Source: an uncultured bacterium | GTDB taxonomy: Bacteria; Patescibacteriota; Minisyncoccia; Moranbacterales; GWC2-37-73 | DNA length: 64,000 nucleotides | Assembly: GCA_903885965.1 (NCBI GenBank) | Contig: CAISKQ010000035.1 | Location: forward strand, 3,926 to 67,925 | Reading direction: 5' to 3' | Part shown: positions 1 through 8,839 of the stretch, piece after piece | How positions within the stretch are numbered: position 1 is the stretch's first letter | Layout: every line of letters starts with the position of its first letter | The notes under the pieces: generated by a model | The model's input: only the letters and a program-made list of their open reading frames with translations | What the model was told of the DNA's origin: nothing | Databases searched by the model: none | Made by a program: the position numbers and the translations under genes

Positions 1-133
1 CAAAAAGGACATCCTTGCCACACTTGAGCAAATGGAAAAGTCCGGCCAAATGAACAGCCACCAAGTTTTTGAAGCCAAGAAAAGACTGGGACTATTATAG
101 TCTCGGTTTTTTTAAAAATATTTTGCTAAAATT

Positions 134-574
134 ATGAAACTTTATCATGGATCTAAAAGGGACATTATCTTAATAGAAAGAAGGCAGGCTGGAAAGGCTG
201 ATAGCGTTGTAGTTCCAGAGACGGAATTACAAAATGCAATTTACTTGACGCCAGATTATGGTTTTGCTTTAGCTTGTGGAGCAAGGCCGAATGGAGTTAC
301 AACAATAGATAATGACAATAAGACTATTAACTTTGAAAATCCCGATCTATTTGATTCTAATGCAAGAGTTTTTGTATATGAAGTTGATGCTGGTAATATT
401 TCAAAAGAAAATATAGAACAGATTGATGAACGGCAATTTGTCGTGAGCAACATGGAAAGCTTGTCGTTTGAAAATAAATTTGTTCACAAAGCTGGTGATG
501 TTCAGAAATATTATGAGTTAAATAATTGGAAAGAAAAGCCAAGGGATACTAATATGGGCTTTAAAATAAGATAA
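134..574 (+). CDS. Hypothetical protein; N-terminal 'LYHGS' motif reminiscent of DUF3990-family proteins
   Basis: 146 aa intact ORF. The motifs were read by eye from the translation; no confident family assignment. Confidence 0.35.
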   Translation: MKLYHGSKRDIILIERRQAGKADSVVVPETELQNAIYLTPDYGFALACGARPNGVTTIDNDNKTINFENPDLFDSNARVFVYEVDAGNISKENIEQIDERQFVVSNMESLSFENKFVHKAGDVQKYYELNNWKEKPRDTNMGFKIR

Positions 575-809
575 ATGGAAGCAGTTACTCCAGTCGGAAA
601 ATACACTAAAATACTCTGCTATTAATTAAAAAACAAAAAAAGGCTTGAAATAAACAAAGTTAAAAAAGAGGTCACTTTGTGAGCTGGAAATAGAAAATTT
701 TCATACCTTTAGCTTATAAATTAAGAGAAACTTTGTTAAAATATTTTTTAGTTAGCTATAATTAAATTCACACCTATAAATTAATATATGGGTGTGGAGA
801 AGAAATCAT

Positions 810-1223
810 ATGAAGTTATGTAGCGCCTGTCTGTTGGGTTTGAAGTGTCGTTATAACGCCGCATCCAAGCCCGATGAAAAAGTTTTGAAATTAGCCAAAG
901 ATGAAATCTTGATTCCAGTTTGCCCCGAGCAACTTGGCGGATTATCAACTCCACGAAAACCTGCCGAACAGCAAGGTGAGAAAGTCATGACTAAAGATAG
1001 CAAGGATGTGACTGAAAACTTCCAGCGCGGTGCTCAGCAAACCTTGGAAATTGCAAAATTATACAAAATCAAAACTGCAATTTTGAAACAAAAAAGTCCT
1101 TCTTGCGGTTGTGGGCAAATTTATGACGGAACTTTTTCGGGAACTATTATTGTTGGTGACGGAGTGACTGCCAAATTGCTCAAAGAAAATGGGATTGAAG
1201 TTTTAAGTGAAGATGATTTATGA
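810..1223 (+). CDS. DUF523 family protein (TudS-like Fe-S thiouracil desulfidase family)
   Basis: Translation has conserved Cys residues in CSACLLG...CRY...PVCPE...GGL...SPSCG, a pattern typical of DUF523/YbbK. The start at the internal ATG (MKLCSAC) is preferred over the ORF-track start at 792. Confidence 0.55.
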   Translation: MKLCSACLLGLKCRYNAASKPDEKVLKLAKDEILIPVCPEQLGGLSTPRKPAEQQGEKVMTKDSKDVTENFQRGAQQTLEIAKLYKIKTAILKQKSPSCGCGQIYDGTFSGTIIVGDGVTAKLLKENGIEVLSEDDL

Positions 1224-1242
1224 TTAACACACTTAGCTTATT

Positions 1243-1776
1243 ATGAAATATTCATATCAAAATCTTATTAACTTGAACCCAGCTGCTAAAACTTTTCTTG
1301 ACCTTGGTTGTGGGCAGGGTTTTGTTTCCCTTTATGCTTGTGCTAGAGGTCTTCAGGTTGATGCGGTAGATATTGAAAAAGTGACTCCCTTGGCAATTCA
1401 AGATTTGAAAACTGTTAACTATATTTCTGCAGATCTTAATAGTTGGCAACCTGCTGATAAATACGATATTATTGTGGCGCATCACAGTCTTCAATTTTTA
1501 TCAAAAAAGTATGCTTTGAATGAGTTTATCCCAAAACTGTGTGCCTCACTTAATCAGGGCGGACTTTTGGAAATTTTTTCTTTTACGCCAGAGGAGGAAT
1601 TGAATGTTCCGACGAAATATACCCTCGAAGAAATTTTAGCAGCGCTGAATTTTGACTTAGAAGTTATCAAGCAAGAAGTTCTCTCTTATGAAGGTTTGCA
1701 TAAGAAATTAGGAAAGCATACTTTTCATGAACTCCATGTCATTGCGAGGAAAAAAGTTTATTTTAAAAAAATATAA
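1243..1776 (+). CDS. Class I SAM-dependent methyltransferase
   Basis: Motif I 'LDLGCGQG' near the N-terminus; 177 aa small methyltransferase fold. Confidence 0.7.
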   Translation: MKYSYQNLINLNPAAKTFLDLGCGQGFVSLYACARGLQVDAVDIEKVTPLAIQDLKTVNYISADLNSWQPADKYDIIVAHHSLQFLSKKYALNEFIPKLCASLNQGGLLEIFSFTPEEELNVPTKYTLEEILAALNFDLEVIKQEVLSYEGLHKKLGKHTFHELHVIARKKVYFKKI

Positions 1777-1782
1777 AATTAT

Positions 1783-2115
1783 ATGGCAACCTATGAAGAT
1801 TTTCAAAAATTAGACATTAGGGTAGGGAAGATTATTGAAGTAGAAGATTTTCCTGAGGCGAGAAAACCATCCTTCAAACTCAAAATTGATCTTGGACCAG
1901 AAATTGGGATCAAAAAATCTTGCGCTCAGCTTCCGCAAAATTACAAAAAAGAGCAGTTGCTTGGCAAACAAGTTTTGTGTGTGGTAAATTTTCCGCCTCG
2001 CCAAATCGGCCCTGCTGTGTCTGAAGTTTTGACCCTCGGTTTGCCAGATGAAAATCACGAATGCATCTTGATAGCTCCCGACCAAGAAGTTCCCCTGGGT
2101 GGAAAGCTATACTAA
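1783..2115 (+). CDS. tRNA-binding domain protein (CsaA/YgjH/EMAP-like)
   Basis: 'DLRVGKIIEVE' signature of the Myf/tRNA-binding OB domain; 110 aa. Confidence 0.7.
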   Translation: MATYEDFQKLDIRVGKIIEVEDFPEARKPSFKLKIDLGPEIGIKKSCAQLPQNYKKEQLLGKQVLCVVNFPPRQIGPAVSEVLTLGLPDENHECILIAPDQEVPLGGKLY

Positions 2116-2143
2116 TCCTAATTAATCAATGTGGTTGTGTTAT

Positions 2144-2169
2144 ACTTCCATATATCCATTTATGGAAGT
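2144..2169. promoter_or_regulatory. Palindromic operator-like site ACTTCCATA-N8-TATGGAAGT, copy 1, upstream of the YerC/YecD-like gene
   Basis: Perfect 9 bp inverted repeat. The identical 26-28 nt sequence recurs at 2693-2720. Confidence 0.5.
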
Positions 2170-2266
2170 GGAGCTATCTTTTATAAAGAAGAAATAAATT
2201 ATATATAATAAAAAGCTCTTATCAGATAGCAGAATTATAAAAATTAAAAAAATAAAATAAAATTAT

Positions 2267-2674
2267 ATGTCGAAGGTAAAACCCCATATGATTGATCCGA
2301 ATGAAAAGTTTCAAGCAATTGATAGTTTGTTCGAGGTCATTTCAAAACTAAAAACTAAGCAGGAAATTGTTGATTTTTTTCTGGGGCTCTTTACCGCCAG
2401 TGAATCCTTGATGATGGCACGCAGAGTTCAAATTGCTAGGATGCTCTTGAGTGAAAAAAGCTATGATGAGATAATGAAAAAGTTGAGGGTTAGCAGTCAA
2501 ACTATCAATGCTACTGACAAATGGTTGCACAAGGGAGATGAAAAATATACAGCTTGGCTCAAAAGTAGAGTCTCAGCTGTTGAAAATATAAAGACTTCAA
2601 AAAAAGATTTGACCTATGCAAGTCTGCTGGATAAATATCCCTATCATAGATTTATCAAAAATCTTTTTGACTAG
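2267..2674 (+). CDS. YerC/YecD family TrpR-like DNA-binding protein
   Basis: 135 aa. Matches the Trp-repressor-like YerC/YecD family by length and a helix-turn-helix region ('SYDEIMKKLRVSSQTINATDKWL'). Confidence 0.6.
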   Translation: MSKVKPHMIDPNEKFQAIDSLFEVISKLKTKQEIVDFFLGLFTASESLMMARRVQIARMLLSEKSYDEIMKKLRVSSQTINATDKWLHKGDEKYTAWLKSRVSAVENIKTSKKDLTYASLLDKYPYHRFIKNLFD

Positions 2675-2692
2675 TAATTAGCAAGAGTCCAA

Positions 2693-2720
2693 TACTTCCA
2701 TATATCCATTTATGGAAGTA
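2693..2720. promoter_or_regulatory. Palindromic operator-like site TACTTCCATA-N8-TATGGAAGTA, copy 2, between the YerC-like gene and the NUDIX gene
   Basis: Perfect 10 bp arms. Sits 19 nt after the YerC-like stop and 27 nt before the NUDIX start. Confidence 0.5.
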
Positions 2721-2746
2721 AGGAAATAGCTTGTGAAATATAAAAT

Positions 2747-3244
2747 ATGAATGATGAAATTGTTTTGGAAAAACTTTTGCAAGAATTTTCGGAAAAGTTG
2801 CCGAAGTTTGAGGATGGAAGAATTGACTATTCAACTTCCGACAAAGCACCGGTTTTGAATTGCTTTGTCAAATTTGAAAGTCAGATTTTGATTTTGAAGC
2901 GTAGTGACAAAGTTCGTGCTTATCAGGGACTTTGGAATTCTATTGGTGGCTATTTGGATGAACCTGTTGCGCTTGAGGAAAAAGTGTTGGAAGAACTCAG
3001 GGAAGAACTTGGTATAATGCCCGACTTGATTTTGCAAATAAAAAAGGGAAAGCCTTATGAACTTTTTGATGACGAAATTCAAAAAACGTGGTTTATTTTT
3101 CCAATTTTGGCAGAACTGAAAATGCAGCCAGAAATCAAACTAGACTGGGAGCATACTGAGTTCAAATGGATTAATCTTGGGGATTTGAAAGATTTTGAAA
3201 CTGTGTCAGGATTGGAAAAGATTTTAGAGGCAGTATTAAAATAA
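2747..3244 (+). CDS. NUDIX hydrolase
   Basis: Nudix box 'GGYLDEPVALEEKVLEELREELG' (G-X5-E-X7-REUXEEXGU). Confidence 0.7.
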   Translation: MNDEIVLEKLLQEFSEKLPKFEDGRIDYSTSDKAPVLNCFVKFESQILILKRSDKVRAYQGLWNSIGGYLDEPVALEEKVLEELREELGIMPDLILQIKKGKPYELFDDEIQKTWFIFPILAELKMQPEIKLDWEHTEFKWINLGDLKDFETVSGLEKILEAVLK

Positions 3245-3289
3245 GTTAAATACAAATGATATATATGAAAGTATATTTTTTTTAAAGTT

Positions 3290-3733
3290 ATGAATGTAGA
3301 AGAATTTAGAAAAAAAATTAAAATAGATTTGAGAATAGTTGTTGATAATCAGATTTTTAAAATTGAGCAGCTAGTTAAATTTCGTTACGATGATGGTAGT
3401 TTTTATATTAAATGCTATTTACAAAACGGTTTTGTTTTGGCAGATGATTTGAATGATAATATTTTTGTATTCGTGAAAGAAATTCAAAGTGATATCCAAT
3501 TGCCTTTTTCAGAGAATTTAGAATTTGACGGAAAGAAATTTGAATTCTTGTTTGAGGCGCATGCTGTAGCTGAGGAAATCTGGGGGAAAGAACTTTTCAA
3601 AAAGAGTGAGGGAGAAAAATTTTGGGATTATAAAAGCGAGGATGAATCATATCTTAGCCTTGGTATTCACGATGAAACAGGTAAAAGGCAAGATTTTTAT
3701 GGAAAAATAATTAAGGATGTGGAGTTTTTATAA
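3290..3733 (+). CDS. Hypothetical protein
   Basis: 147 aa intact ORF; no confident family. Confidence 0.4.
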   Translation: MNVEEFRKKIKIDLRIVVDNQIFKIEQLVKFRYDDGSFYIKCYLQNGFVLADDLNDNIFVFVKEIQSDIQLPFSENLEFDGKKFEFLFEAHAVAEEIWGKELFKKSEGEKFWDYKSEDESYLSLGIHDETGKRQDFYGKIIKDVEFL

Positions 3734-3841
3734 TTTTGCTGTTTTATATTGCCATAATAGACTTAAATTGGTAAGATTGATTTATAAGAAATGTCAGCAT
3801 TAATGAATGTCATCTCGAACTCCATAGCGATGCGGCATGGT

Positions 3842-3920
3842 TGTCGTGTTTCAGGATTGAGGATGTATAAAGCTAGTTGAGATAAAAGAGGTAGATTCTG
3901 AAATAAATTCAGAATGACAC
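3842..3920 (+). repeat. Partially degenerate copy of the TGTCAT/ATGACA hairpin-pair intergenic element, ending 13 nt before the pheS ATG
   Basis: Contains 'ATTCTGAA-ataaa-TTCAGAAT-GACAC' (hairpin 2 plus terminus) and a remnant 'TGTC...TTTCAGGAT' of hairpin 1. Compare full copies at 29069-29154 and 42518-42605. Confidence 0.5.
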
Positions 3921-3933
3921 TCTAGCGAAGAAT

Positions 3934-4962
3934 ATGTTAAAAGAAAAAATTGTTAAAATCAAAGAAGAGGCACGGGTTGCAGTTGAAAACGCCAAAACTG
4001 TGGAAGATGTTTTGCAGCTCGAGATTCAGTTCTTGGGACGCAAAAGCGAGTTTGTGGGAATTTTAAGGCAACTTAAAGATGTTTCAGCGCAGGAAAAAAA
4101 AGAGGTTGGGCAACTGGCCAATTCTGTTAAGGTTGAAATTCAAAATCTGCTAGATCAAAAGAAAAAAAATCTCGCTTCAACTTTTGACGCAAAGGCGGAG
4201 AAAATTGACGTCACTGTTCCAGCCATCAAACTGCGCCAGGGACATCTCCATCCCTTGACTCAAATTCAAAATGAAATTGAAGACATTTTCACTTCGATGG
4301 GTTTTGAAATTGCCGATGGACCGGAAGTGGAAACAGAGTTCTATAATTTTGATGCTTTGAATATGCCTAAGGATCATCCAGCGCGTGATATGCAAGATAC
4401 CTTTTGGTTAAAAGCGGAAGCAGGAAAAGAAAAAATCGCACTTCGTCCAATGACTTCAGCAGTTCAAGTTCGTTATATGGAAAAACACCAACCGCCTTTT
4501 CGGATTATTGCGCCTGGAAGATGTTTTAGGAATGAAGCCACTGATACAACTCACGAGCATTCATTTAATCAATTCGAAGCTTTAGTCGTTGGTGATGATA
4601 TTAATGTTGGGAATATGAAATATATGGCCGAACAATTTTTTTCAGCTTTTTTCAAGCAAGAAGTTAAAGTTAGGTTGCGACCAAGTTATTTTCCATTCAC
4701 GGAACCAAGTTTTGAATTTGATATAAGTTGTTTAGTTTGTGGGCATAAAGGCTGTTCTTCTTGTCGAGGAGCTGGCTGGATAGAACTTGGTGGGGCTGGC
4801 ATGGTAAATCAAAATGTTTTTGTTGCTTCCGGTTATCCAAGAGGGAAATACCAAGGTTTTGCCTGGGGATTTGGACTTGAACGCTTGGCAATGATGAAAT
4901 ACAAAATTGACGACATTCGTCATTTTCACAGCGGCGATTTGAGGTTTATTAAACAATTCTAA
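3934..4962 (+). CDS. pheS: Phenylalanine--tRNA ligase alpha subunit
   Basis: Class II aaRS motifs including 'FNFDALNMPKDHPARDMQDTFW' and 'GFGLERLAMM'. Confidence 0.95.
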   Translation: MLKEKIVKIKEEARVAVENAKTVEDVLQLEIQFLGRKSEFVGILRQLKDVSAQEKKEVGQLANSVKVEIQNLLDQKKKNLASTFDAKAEKIDVTVPAIKLRQGHLHPLTQIQNEIEDIFTSMGFEIADGPEVETEFYNFDALNMPKDHPARDMQDTFWLKAEAGKEKIALRPMTSAVQVRYMEKHQPPFRIIAPGRCFRNEATDTTHEHSFNQFEALVVGDDINVGNMKYMAEQFFSAFFKQEVKVRLRPSYFPFTEPSFEFDISCLVCGHKGCSSCRGAGWIELGGAGMVNQNVFVASGYPRGKYQGFAWGFGLERLAMMKYKIDDIRHFHSGDLRFIKQF

Positions 4963-4969
4963 AAGACCC

Positions 4970-5036
4970 TACGAAAATACAAAATAAATACAAAAGTACA
5001 AAAAGTTTCTCATCGCATTTATTTCGTATTTTCGTA
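4970..5036 (+). repeat. Long intercistronic stem-loop between pheS and pheT (22 bp inverted repeat, 2 mismatches, 23 nt loop) built from TACGAA/TTCGTA units
   Basis: 4970-4991 pairs with 5015-5036. Checked base by base. Confidence 0.6.
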
Positions 5037-5041
5037 TTTTT

Positions 5042-5072
5042 GCCTGCCTCGACGGTAGGCGGGTAAAATTTT
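5042..5072 (+). terminator. Hairpin GCCTGCC-tcgac-GGTAGGC followed by TTTTGTAA; possible attenuator or partial terminator between pheS and pheT
   Basis: 7 bp stem with one G-U pair. The same stem sequence plus 'TTTTGTAA' recurs at 20583-20620. Confidence 0.35.
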
Positions 5073-5115
5073 GTAATTATGTAGGTGCTAAAGTAAATTT
5101 GTAATTTGTAGAACT

Positions 5116-7533
5116 ATGAAATATTCTTACAGTTGGCTAAAAGAAATATCAGGAACAAAATTATCACCAGAAGAATTAATCCAGGGTATCACAATGCATG
5201 CGCTTGAAATTGAAGGCGTGGAAAAAGTTGGCTCAGATTTTGAAGGTGTGGTGGTGGGAGAAATCTTGGAAATATCCAAGCATCCAAATGCTGATAAACT
5301 GCAACTTACCAAAGTCAATATCGGAGACAAAGTCTTGGATATTGTTTGTGGTGCCAAAAATATTTCAGTGGGAGAAAAGGTTCCTGTGGCGCAGATTGGT
5401 TCAGTTCTGCCAGGTGATTTCAAGATCAAAGAAGCTGAAATCCGGGGTGTCAAATCCTTTGGTATGCTTTGCGCCCCAGATGAACTGGGGCTCGGCAGTG
5501 ATCATAGCGGTATTTTACTTTTGGAAAAATCTTTGAAAATTGGAACACCTCTAAGTGCATTGTTTGATGAGAAAGATCAAATTTTGGAAATTAAAGTATT
5601 GCCCGATAGGGCTCATGATGCAGTTAGTCACGTTGGGCTTGCTCGCGAAGTTGCTGCGCTTGATGGAGATATTATTGAATATGATTATGACGGCTTGAAA
5701 CTTGCGAAAAAGAAAACCTCGAGCATCACGGTTTCTATTGAAAATAAAGATTTGTGCGAGCGATATATTGCCGCAAAATTGGATAATGTAACCATTAAGC
5801 AATCTCCACAATGGATTTCAACTCGCTTGGAGAGGTGTGGAATCAGGTCAATCAACAATGTGGTTGATGTGACAAACTATGTAATGCTAGAACTTGGTCA
5901 ACCGATGCATGCATTTGATTTTGCACAAATTTCAAGCGGTGAAGTGGCGGAGATAATCATCAGGAATGCGAAAAAGGATGAAGAAATCGTGATTTTGGAT
6001 GGCAGTGTGAAAAAAATGTCCAGTGATGATGTTGTCATAGCAAACAAAACAGACGTGCTTGCGCTGGCTGGTGTTATGGGTGGCAAAAAAAGTGGAGTTA
6101 GCGAAAAAACCACGAGTATTATGCTTGAGTCAGCAACTTTCAATCCAACCTCTATTCGTAAAACAAAAAATAAGTTCACGCTCCAGACAGACGCTGCTAT
6201 GCGCTTTGAAAAAGGACTTGATCCTAATATTGCGGAAAAAGCGATGGTGCGAGCAATTGAGCTTTTAACCCACATTACTGACGCTAAACTGGCTGGAATT
6301 GTTGATGAGTATCCAACCGTTAAAAAAACTTGGACGATTAAACTTGATTTAAAATACGTAAATTCATTGCTCGGAGAAGAGATTCCTGCAAGTGTTAGCA
6401 AAAAAATTCTCACTTCGCTTGGCTGCGAGGTAAAAAACTCTGGAAAAGACTTGATAGTAACAGTTCCAACCTTTAGGCTTGATTTGCTCACGCAGGAAGA
6501 CTTGATTGAAGAAATCGGCAGAGTTTATGGTTATGAGAAAATTGTTGCAACGCCGCAAATGGTTTCCATAAAACCTCCTGTAGCTAGTGAAAAAAGAACT
6601 TTTGTCAGGAGCGTTAAAAATGTCCTGGTTGGGCTTGGATTTTCAGAAGTATACAACTATGCCTTTTATGGACGCAAAGACGCTGAGGCAGCAAAATTAC
6701 AAACATTCAAGCACTTAGAACTCGAACTCCCAATGAATTGCGAGCAGTCTATCTTGCGCGTGAGCTTGATCCCGAATTTACTGAAAAATGTACGGGAAAA
6801 CTTGAAACACACAAAGGAGATGCATATTTTTGAAATCGGAAAAGTTTTTCTGCCAAATGATGCCAAAGCTTTGCCAGCTGAAAAAAATATGCTCTGCGGC
6901 ATCGTGGTGCTTGAAAAGAAAGCAAACAAGAAAGGTGCTCAAGAAGATTTACAGCAAACTTTGTTTTTTTCGGCCAAATCCCTGGTAAACAATTTAATGA
7001 TACAGTTTGGCATAACAGATCAATATTACGCAGCCATGGAAGATGGCTTTGCACAAATTTCAAAAACTTTTTGCCATGAAGGTCGTGCCAGTGAGATTAA
7101 AATTGACGGAAGTGACCAAGCAATTGGTTGCATTGCAGAAATAAACCCGTTAGTTTTGGCTGATTTTGACGTCAGCGGCAGGGTGGCATTTTTCGAATTT
7201 GACCTTGAATTACTGCAAAACATTTCCAATGCTCAATGTGAGTTCAAATCAATTCCAAAATACCCGAATGTTATGAGGGATATTGCGATGATTGTCTCAG
7301 GAGGCCAGAGAGTGGATGATATTTTGGCTGTTATTCAAGCAGAAGGTGGAGATTTGATTGTGGATGCCGATTTGTTCGATATTTTTGATTTTGCCGACGG
7401 GACCTCGAATTATGCGTTTCATATCATGCTAAATGCTGAAAATAGGACGCTAACAAGCGAAGAAGTCGACATTATTATGAAAAAAATAGCTTCTAAATTG
7501 GAGGAAAAACTGGAAATTAAAATCAGAAAGTAG
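5116..7533 (+). CDS. pheT: Phenylalanine--tRNA ligase beta subunit
   Basis: 805 aa. N-terminal tRNA-binding domain 'KVNIGDKVLDIVCGA', B3/4 and B5 regions, and a C-terminal FDX-ACB-like domain. Immediately downstream of pheS. Confidence 0.95.
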   Translation: MKYSYSWLKEISGTKLSPEELIQGITMHALEIEGVEKVGSDFEGVVVGEILEISKHPNADKLQLTKVNIGDKVLDIVCGAKNISVGEKVPVAQIGSVLPGDFKIKEAEIRGVKSFGMLCAPDELGLGSDHSGILLLEKSLKIGTPLSALFDEKDQILEIKVLPDRAHDAVSHVGLAREVAALDGDIIEYDYDGLKLAKKKTSSITVSIENKDLCERYIAAKLDNVTIKQSPQWISTRLERCGIRSINNVVDVTNYVMLELGQPMHAFDFAQISSGEVAEIIIRNAKKDEEIVILDGSVKKMSSDDVVIANKTDVLALAGVMGGKKSGVSEKTTSIMLESATFNPTSIRKTKNKFTLQTDAAMRFEKGLDPNIAEKAMVRAIELLTHITDAKLAGIVDEYPTVKKTWTIKLDLKYVNSLLGEEIPASVSKKILTSLGCEVKNSGKDLIVTVPTFRLDLLTQEDLIEEIGRVYGYEKIVATPQMVSIKPPVASEKRTFVRSVKNVLVGLGFSEVYNYAFYGRKDAEAAKLQTFKHLELELPMNCEQSILRVSLIPNLLKNVRENLKHTKEMHIFEIGKVFLPNDAKALPAEKNMLCGIVVLEKKANKKGAQEDLQQTLFFSAKSLVNNLMIQFGITDQYYAAMEDGFAQISKTFCHEGRASEIKIDGSDQAIGCIAEINPLVLADFDVSGRVAFFEFDLELLQNISNAQCEFKSIPKYPNVMRDIAMIVSGGQRVDDILAVIQAEGGDLIVDADLFDIFDFADGTSNYAFHIMLNAENRTLTSEEVDIIMKKIASKLEEKLEIKIRK

Positions 7534-7572
7534 GAAATTTGGATTGGTAACTTATAAATAAAATAGAGCAAG

Positions 7573-7598
7573 ACGTAATCCCCGGATTGCGTTTTTTC
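7573..7598 (+). terminator. Rho-independent terminator after pheT
   Basis: 8 bp stem (one U-G pair) with loop CCCG, followed by TTTTTTC. Confidence 0.6.
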
Positions 7599-7616
7599 AT
7601 CGATTCTTGAAAAAGA

Positions 7617-7647
7617 TTGACAAAAATTCATAATGTGTTAATATAAT
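7617..7647 (+). promoter_or_regulatory. Candidate sigma70-type promoter TTGACA-N19-TATAAT
   Basis: Consensus hexamers. The -10 overlaps the TTG codon proposed as ORF start at 7648, which argues for the ATG at 7687 as the true start. Confidence 0.4.
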
Positions 7648-7686
7648 TTGAACCTTAATATATTAAGATATTGTAATATAAGCGAT

Positions 7687-8742
7687 ATGAAAAATGTGAT
7701 TACTGAAGAAAAAAAGGCTCCAGTAGAAAAGGGATTCTTTTCTGCGGCCTTAAATGCGATTATTTGCGATTTATCAATGAGGTCGCAGGAAATAATTTTT
7801 AGTCGCTATGGTATTCATGGAGACGGAGCACTGACTCTTGAGGAAATAGGTGGGAAATATACCATCACCAGAGAACGGGTCAGGCAAGTCATTAGAGAAG
7901 CTTTGAAAAAAGTTCGAGAAAAAAACAATCATCCTGAATTTGTGAAAGTTCGAGAAATTGTTATTTTGGCTATTGCAAAAAACAGTGGTATAATTAGCAG
8001 GAAGAAACTTCTGGAGGTTCTTGGAAATGATAATCTTGCTGAACAGGCTGCCGTTCGTTTTTTTCTTGAATGTATTAATCAAATCAAGAGTCATGAAGTT
8101 AAAGGAGAATTATCTTTTTCTTATGCGCTTTCCGATTTTGATATTGAACATTGGCGCAAAACTAAAAATGCAACTTTGTCAGTCTTGAAAAAAGAGAAGA
8201 AGCCTTTGACAGCAGAAGAACTTTTTGAATTCGCAGTTGGCGAGTTGGAAAGCGATTTAAGCAAAGATCATTTTGTTTATCACCTTGAAATTTCACAAGA
8301 AATAAAGCAAAATAATTTTGGCAAATGGGGCGCTATCAAATGGAAGGAAATTTCACCTAAAGGCACGCGCGAAAAGGCCTACCTTGTTCTCAAGGAAGCA
8401 GGTAGCCCGCTTCATTTCAAAGAAATTGCAAAAAAGATAGACAAGCATCACCTCAATAAGAAAAAAACTCATCCACAGACAGTTCACAATGAACTAATTA
8501 AGGATAGTAATTTTGTTTTGGTTGGTAGGGGAATTTACGCACTTTCAGAATGGGGTTATCAAAAAGGAACCGTGAAAGATGTTATCAAAGAAATTATTCT
8601 GAAAAATTCAAAATCATTAAATAGAGATGAAATTCTGAAAAAAGTTCTCGAAATCAGACAAGTCAAGAAATCTACAATTGTAATAAACCTCAACAATTTT
8701 TTTTCCAAGTCAAAAGATGGTTTATATTGCCTCAAAAAATAG
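7687..8742 (+). CDS. DNA-binding protein with a sigma-70 region-4-like HTH (N-terminal) and a HARE-HTH-like winged helix (C-terminal)
   Basis: 'LTLEEIGGKYTITRERVRQVIREALKKVR' resembles sigma70 region 4.2. The C-terminal 'HFKEIAKKI...FVLVGRGIYALSEWGY' resembles the HARE-HTH of the RNA polymerase delta subunit. The ORF track gives a TTG start at 7648; ATG 7687 is preferred. Confidence 0.55.
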   Translation: MKNVITEEKKAPVEKGFFSAALNAIICDLSMRSQEIIFSRYGIHGDGALTLEEIGGKYTITRERVRQVIREALKKVREKNNHPEFVKVREIVILAIAKNSGIISRKKLLEVLGNDNLAEQAAVRFFLECINQIKSHEVKGELSFSYALSDFDIEHWRKTKNATLSVLKKEKKPLTAEELFEFAVGELESDLSKDHFVYHLEISQEIKQNNFGKWGAIKWKEISPKGTREKAYLVLKEAGSPLHFKEIAKKIDKHHLNKKKTHPQTVHNELIKDSNFVLVGRGIYALSEWGYQKGTVKDVIKEIILKNSKSLNRDEILKKVLEIRQVKKSTIVINLNNFFSKSKDGLYCLKK

Positions 8743-8839
8743 ATAAGTGGCGCTGGAAACTATATAATTGTTATTGAATTTGTAAACCTGAGGCGAACTT
8801 CTATTTCGCTAAACAATAAAAACAGCAAACATAAAAATC

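Noticed and set aside
3734-3933. T-box leader or leader-peptide attenuator upstream of pheS
   Set aside because: No T-box consensus (AATTAGGGTGGTACCGCG-like) and no Phe-rich leader ORF. The conspicuous structure here is the degenerate copy of the repeated hairpin element.
5898-6491. 197-codon minus-strand ORF inside pheT (and similar antisense ORFs at 15551-16156, 21497-21955, 57103-57570 and 6749-7063)
   Set aside because: They lie entirely within and antisense to well-supported genes, have low-complexity S/T/F-rich translations and no recognisable domains. They are treated as spurious.
7648-7686. TTG start at 7648 for the sigma-r4/HARE-HTH gene, as in the ORF track
   Set aside because: It overlaps the predicted -10 hexamer of the only plausible promoter. 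The in-frame ATG at 7687 (MKNVITEEKK) is preferred.
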